Below, piece by piece: positions 37,201 through 38,947 of a stretch of DNA of 38,947 bases; the first letter of the stretch is position 1; the number at the start of each line of letters is the position of its first letter. The notes under the pieces are model-generated. The model ran no database searches and was not told where the DNA came from. It saw nothing but the letters and a program-made list of their open reading frames with translations. The stretch comes from a virus. Its lineage: Duplodnaviria > Caudoviricetes. Where the stretch lies: positions 1 to 38,947 of the IMG/VR virus record IMGVR_UViG_3300032024_000070; one strand, given 5' to 3'. A program made the translations under genes and the position numbers.

Positions 37201-37346
37201 TTACATTTGCTCCGACGATTCAAATCACAGGCACCACGAATGCACGGAAAATGGCAGACGAGATTGAGGATGCTCTTGTCGAGAAGATGCAGACCGGCAG
37301 TAGACTGCGGCAAGCGACCAAAGCGCTCGTAGGAGGGCGCGGCTGA
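31218..37346 (+). CDS. Tail tape measure protein (2042 aa)
   Basis: Tape-measure domain (RLRLVTSS...LYTRL...QFTQAIAS..FAGDELRTLLESQPRL), Gly-rich hydrophobic stretch, coiled coils and C-terminal YAEGT.FVP..G.ALLHRGERVL. Confidence 0.93.
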   Translation: MAQQQVTLTITAKDDGTVLAVTQGMDKLVKAAERAGSVASKPIAPKVDPSGVINLKDHFSSLTFGMQKFARVAVSLQVIMATVTTFLGIRAIVDASDAWNQMSGRLRLVTSSTEELAAVQSKLFTLAQELRLPMEDVAKLYTRLAVNAEALGLSQAQVLSVTRSVSQAMQVSGSTAAEAAAGVLQFTQAIASSNFAGDELRTLLESQPRLLKAMADGLKILSPEFRKLTEGGQASTAALRKMGQEGKLSADLLLAAISTQRDVLEREFMQLPRTVGQAWTQAMNVINRALAGVSVAPLTNAIDTIKEKFQDSDSAQRFTRILSGGLELVGGSLQLVIGIVDRLALAFDGLILKQLAFWSAGIITSSNTGALLSALAQSFDNMLKTFLGLPAWIQAVGLIGAYMFGRAGVVGLMAGVTLYERLAKNVQALKEGMSFKDFAFSGPADIDAYLKKMEEARADSPSEQNALKSQAMLENMRVADIQLKQHANTLEQIKKEVDATLKLAEAKATLAREQAELWHAKGVINQETRLNLEIGAYEELDRVQTQQLKALKGMPLEYAQLQTANIKTQQGIVELTEKLNTLTNSFHMSSLGMQALKENVQAGLFHGPVEETERLAKNISLLNPSETPKLLQPSLWNALKTSIMGVGSNILAVDDATAKLIETYQDPSIDKMLATERKIADTQIERIDLLEKLNKLSGFDASAQKLAIMQKQLQNLEATKASYAGIVDENSALAIEILKVKAGIQQLNKELSATGQMERVFKGLMDIFSLFGVKVGKFIIMLQGLPRAMGGIREVFAGLGGLMTLGGTSLGAGTAWADTAKAVLNLGNASGETAGALGFLSGAVNVVMRTLMLFANGLTGILGFFSQIVQGIAAGGGIVNTITSAFSGLVSSGGMLATVFGGISTVGGSIMNAFQGVGGLADVFQSVFNAVGLTSGGFGSGAAVAGGQVGVTGAAGQFATFLGQWVPVAGALYALATTIQDFFAGRLEKAIGATIGTAIGAAIGSWVGPGGTLIGAVLGNFIGGFIGGLFAPTPKIKLSAGIAPFDRNAMGSAIDTTVPGTQVGAGIVNISGNIMKNKKERALQELLATMINEMLITVVDATVLMIKTLPPAIGAQLDAALTDLEATGLEIVDKKWKGGKAGKKFNKRVKGLMEETLQDLVTALDFGDVDLKALGFDPNDKKGKKGGEVARGFEAMMMALGGLSAIVKEVGPAVDLSGVSLAQFTKGAIDLFKGFAKEGEAFTDTIKRVMQTFGEIIALRDQIRASIGAISGDLTEVVAMIQRRMADAEAGMVSMVDALTVAIESGAAPEEVLAAAQAATQAVTDTLKMQIDAVTALHDAVLQLNSAITGGVDLIIDLTQKINELRGIETSASDFQFGLDGIVSLFNTLTDVTSRIALFQAGLIGMTTNLSLFMANLPLVVEGFNIIMAQIREMANPAEAVAALKGLAGAVESGLQAAVAAVNRQTQGRIAALMAERAAIVDSTAALRTQRTAMQEAFDAEKKGLEAQKALIRLPFTEQRAALEAEKSAQEALIAANRLVYEEQRAALETALSLSREWANVLQSVKAQLVDLFNLLAPTHPLTSLNEVQSQFDAAFAAFQAAPTPEGATGVQDLARQLLQLAQQTPGFDLPSANFQALAASVRTALTAIDTFASAQPTQEDIQAQIVALEELQTGTLDDINRQIQDLNASEAVALAGIDAQIDELQVSSDALLADIDSQIALLEASQAAALASIDARIAQANADGQASIQYLQELAAQGLEAIRNQLVIEVTALAAQQALAAAALQTVLGDKTYEQFIAEKQREAANLLRGIDETLQYYLGQILTKLFPGATVSQPVSPARLQEAVSGLSTLAQLAQGGNFTSLAQSLASASQAASVGNVGGVTSSLTAATQNMAGLSYFQSGPGAGFLSQLQEINSLTQQSQFVAAISRVTQLIDAIHAAGVYTQTPVPGYAEGTAFVPSTGMALLHRGERVLTSDENKMYSRWNGGGATTTNITFAPTIQITGTTNARKMADEIEDALVEKMQTGSRLRQATKALVGGRG

Positions 37347-38143
37347 TGCCATTCCGAACAGTCGGTTCCTTCCATCTGACATTCACGGCATCGGCCACGT
37401 CACAGAACGGCGCACTCCCGGCTACCTTTGTCAACAGCTATCCCTACGCGCCGTTTCGATATTGGGAGTCCGGCTCAGGCGGGACACAGGACTTGACTCT
37501 CGATATGGGGGTGGGTCTTCAAGTCAATTCGATGTTCGCAACTCCCGCGATCTTCATTGACAACACGAATGTCACGAGTCTGCTCATCCAAGGGAATACC
37601 GCTACCGGGTCATGGGATGCACCGTCGTGGTCAGTCGGGGTGCAGGTCACGACGGAACTGTATACCGGACGGCGGCGGTTTGTGGCGAAGTTGACCGATC
37701 TTGCGCCGAACAGCGCCTTTTCCTATCGCTATCTCAACCTTCGCATCAATTCGCAGGCTCCGAGTAGCGGGACAGTATATCGAATTGGCACGAGCTTGCT
37801 TGGCACAGCACCAGACCTTGCCGCCGATCCCTTGTATGCTGTTGAGCGTCAGCGTATTGATCCTGTGCAATTCGTTGAATATCCAGATGGAGGGCGGGAA
37901 GTCTTGTCCCTCGGTGAGCCTAGAGTGCGGCTCACGTTGCCTACTGATGCGGTCGGATCGGCAGAACTGACCGGGATGATGGGCATCGACCGATTCGGGA
38001 TGTCGCAACCCTTTGTCCTCTGGGATGCGACGACGAGTGGGACCGCCGATGCGTGGTTGGTACGACGGATGGAGCCTCGCACGTGGACGGAACGATTTCT
38101 CACACAGTACGAGGGCACGTGGACCCTTGAAGAGGTGGTCTGA
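37346..38143 (+). CDS. Distal tail / tail-tip protein
   Basis: Coupled to the tape measure gene (TGATG); beta-rich; ends TWTLEEVV. Confidence 0.7.
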   Translation: MPFRTVGSFHLTFTASATSQNGALPATFVNSYPYAPFRYWESGSGGTQDLTLDMGVGLQVNSMFATPAIFIDNTNVTSLLIQGNTATGSWDAPSWSVGVQVTTELYTGRRRFVAKLTDLAPNSAFSYRYLNLRINSQAPSSGTVYRIGTSLLGTAPDLAADPLYAVERQRIDPVQFVEYPDGGREVLSLGEPRVRLTLPTDAVGSAELTGMMGIDRFGMSQPFVLWDATTSGTADAWLVRRMEPRTWTERFLTQYEGTWTLEEVV

Positions 38144-38462
38144 TCAACTACCGCCAGCTAAAGCAGGCGGCTTGCAGGTGAAGCAAGAACTTCCCCGCAT
38201 TGAGCCGTGAGGCTCGTTGGGCCGGTTGACGGCGGCCGGGCACGCAAGGGTGTACCGAACGTGCCGAGGTGTTTGGCGCGGATATTCCGCGCGGCGTTGA
38301 GATCGGCGCTCAAGGTGTATCCGCACTGGCGGCACTTGAACAGGGACTGCGAACGACGGTTGGAGCGATGAATGTGACCACAAGCCGAACAACATTGCGA
38401 CAAGAGAGAAAGGATAAAACGGCGCTTCCTCCGTCGCCTTTAGGCGACGGTCCCCGCGCCGC
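38143..38462 (-). mobile_element. Miniature IS200/IS605-family element (internally deleted TnpB element)
   Basis: Left-end hairpin CCGTCGCCT-TT-AGGCGACGG (38431-38450) and right-end hairpin CCGCCAGCT-AA-AGCAGGCGG (38151-38170), ending GGTAGTTGAT on the minus strand. A TnpB C-terminus lies between them. Confidence 0.85.
38158..38403 (-). pseudogene. tnpB: TnpB C-terminal fragment (Zn ribbon + RuvC-III)
   Basis: SQCCSACGH...NRRSQSLFKCRQCGY...ADLNAARNI; all upstream domains are missing. Confidence 0.88.
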
Positions 38463-38469
38463 ATAGCTT

Positions 38470-38631
38470 ATGGCGGATACTGTCATTGCTAACAAGGCAA
38501 AGCCCCTCGCTCGACCGCGATGGCTAATTTCGACAACAATAGGAGCGACAGCCCAGCATTTTTCATCTGAAGATTTCGGCACAGAAAGTGGCGAATGGGG
38601 GGGAGAGTATGAATTTGAATATGGGGAGTAA
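38470..38631 (+). CDS. 53-aa hypothetical tail-region protein (absent from the ORF track)
   Basis: MADTVIANKAKPLARPRWLISTTIGATAQHFSSEDFGTESGEWGGEYEFEYGE*. Confidence 0.55.
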   Translation: MADTVIANKAKPLARPRWLISTTIGATAQHFSSEDFGTESGEWGGEYEFEYGE

Positions 38632-38947
38632 GCTCGCGGCCATTCTCATCGTACTCAGTGGGTGGCTGGCTCCTGCATGGGCCGTCCAATTCGGCGCAGG
38701 AACAGGGTCGGGATACCCGTCTGCACTTGATACAGTCAATACACGCACCAATAAAAGCGGCGGAGCCTGTAGCTCGGCGGTGAGTAAGAATGCCTGTGCT
38801 GAGCTTATCAACGATCTCCAAGACGCGATAGTCGAAATTGAAACGGCAGTCGGTATCAATCCCTACACTACGGCACACACCTGGACCGCCACCCAGACCA
38901 TCAGCAATACCGCCCCCTCGCTCGTGCTCACCGACACCACCGCCAGC
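38609..38947 (+). CDS. Fibre-like virion protein with N-terminal signal peptide, 3'-truncated
   Basis: MNLNMGSKLAAILIVLSGWLAPAWA|VQFG...YPSALD...AELINDLQDAIVEIETAVGINP. GGGAG RBS; frame open to the window end. Confidence 0.7.
   Translation, partial: MNLNMGSKLAAILIVLSGWLAPAWAVQFGAGTGSGYPSALDTVNTRTNKSGGACSSAVSKNACAELINDLQDAIVEIETAVGINPYTTAHTWTATQTISNTAPSLVLTDTTAS

Noticed and set aside
38144-38464. 106-aa minus-strand ORF spanning the IS
   Set aside because: It reads through both IS end hairpins in a non-TnpB frame, with no recognisable protein features.
1-38947. tRNA genes, integrase/transposase, lysis genes, tail sheath
   Set aside because: None were recognised by eye. Lifestyle, host and Mu-type transposition cannot be inferred from this window.

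Overview
This window is a tailed-phage (or prophage) late region of about 58-60% GC, almost entirely on the + strand. Gene order: DUF6745 gene/HNH/partner gene; small terminase; a CCA-adding enzyme with HD domain; large terminase split by two inteins; accessory genes (HU/IHF, an attC-like site with a low-GC cassette-like insert, a Fic antitoxin-like motif and fic remnant); Mu-like head genes (DUF935 portal, gpF, a GT2, protease/scaffold with an internal HiPIP-like 4-Cys domain, cement, gpE-like capsid). A ~10 kb glycosylation island follows (GDPD-like, methyltransferase, HAD, nucleotidyltransferase, GT2, a ~1550-aa MTase-GT4-GT4-MTase-like-GT2 protein and a 42-aa tandem-repeat peptide). Then come neck and non-contractile tail genes (tube, chaperone with -1 frameshift, 2042-aa tape measure), a miniature IS200/IS605 TnpB derivative, and the start of a signal-peptide-bearing fibre-like gene. 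The most notable candidates are the virion glycosylation/modification system, the HiPIP-like domain in the prohead protease, and the tRNA-repair enzyme coupled to the terminase. All family calls come from motif recognition by eye; no searches were run.
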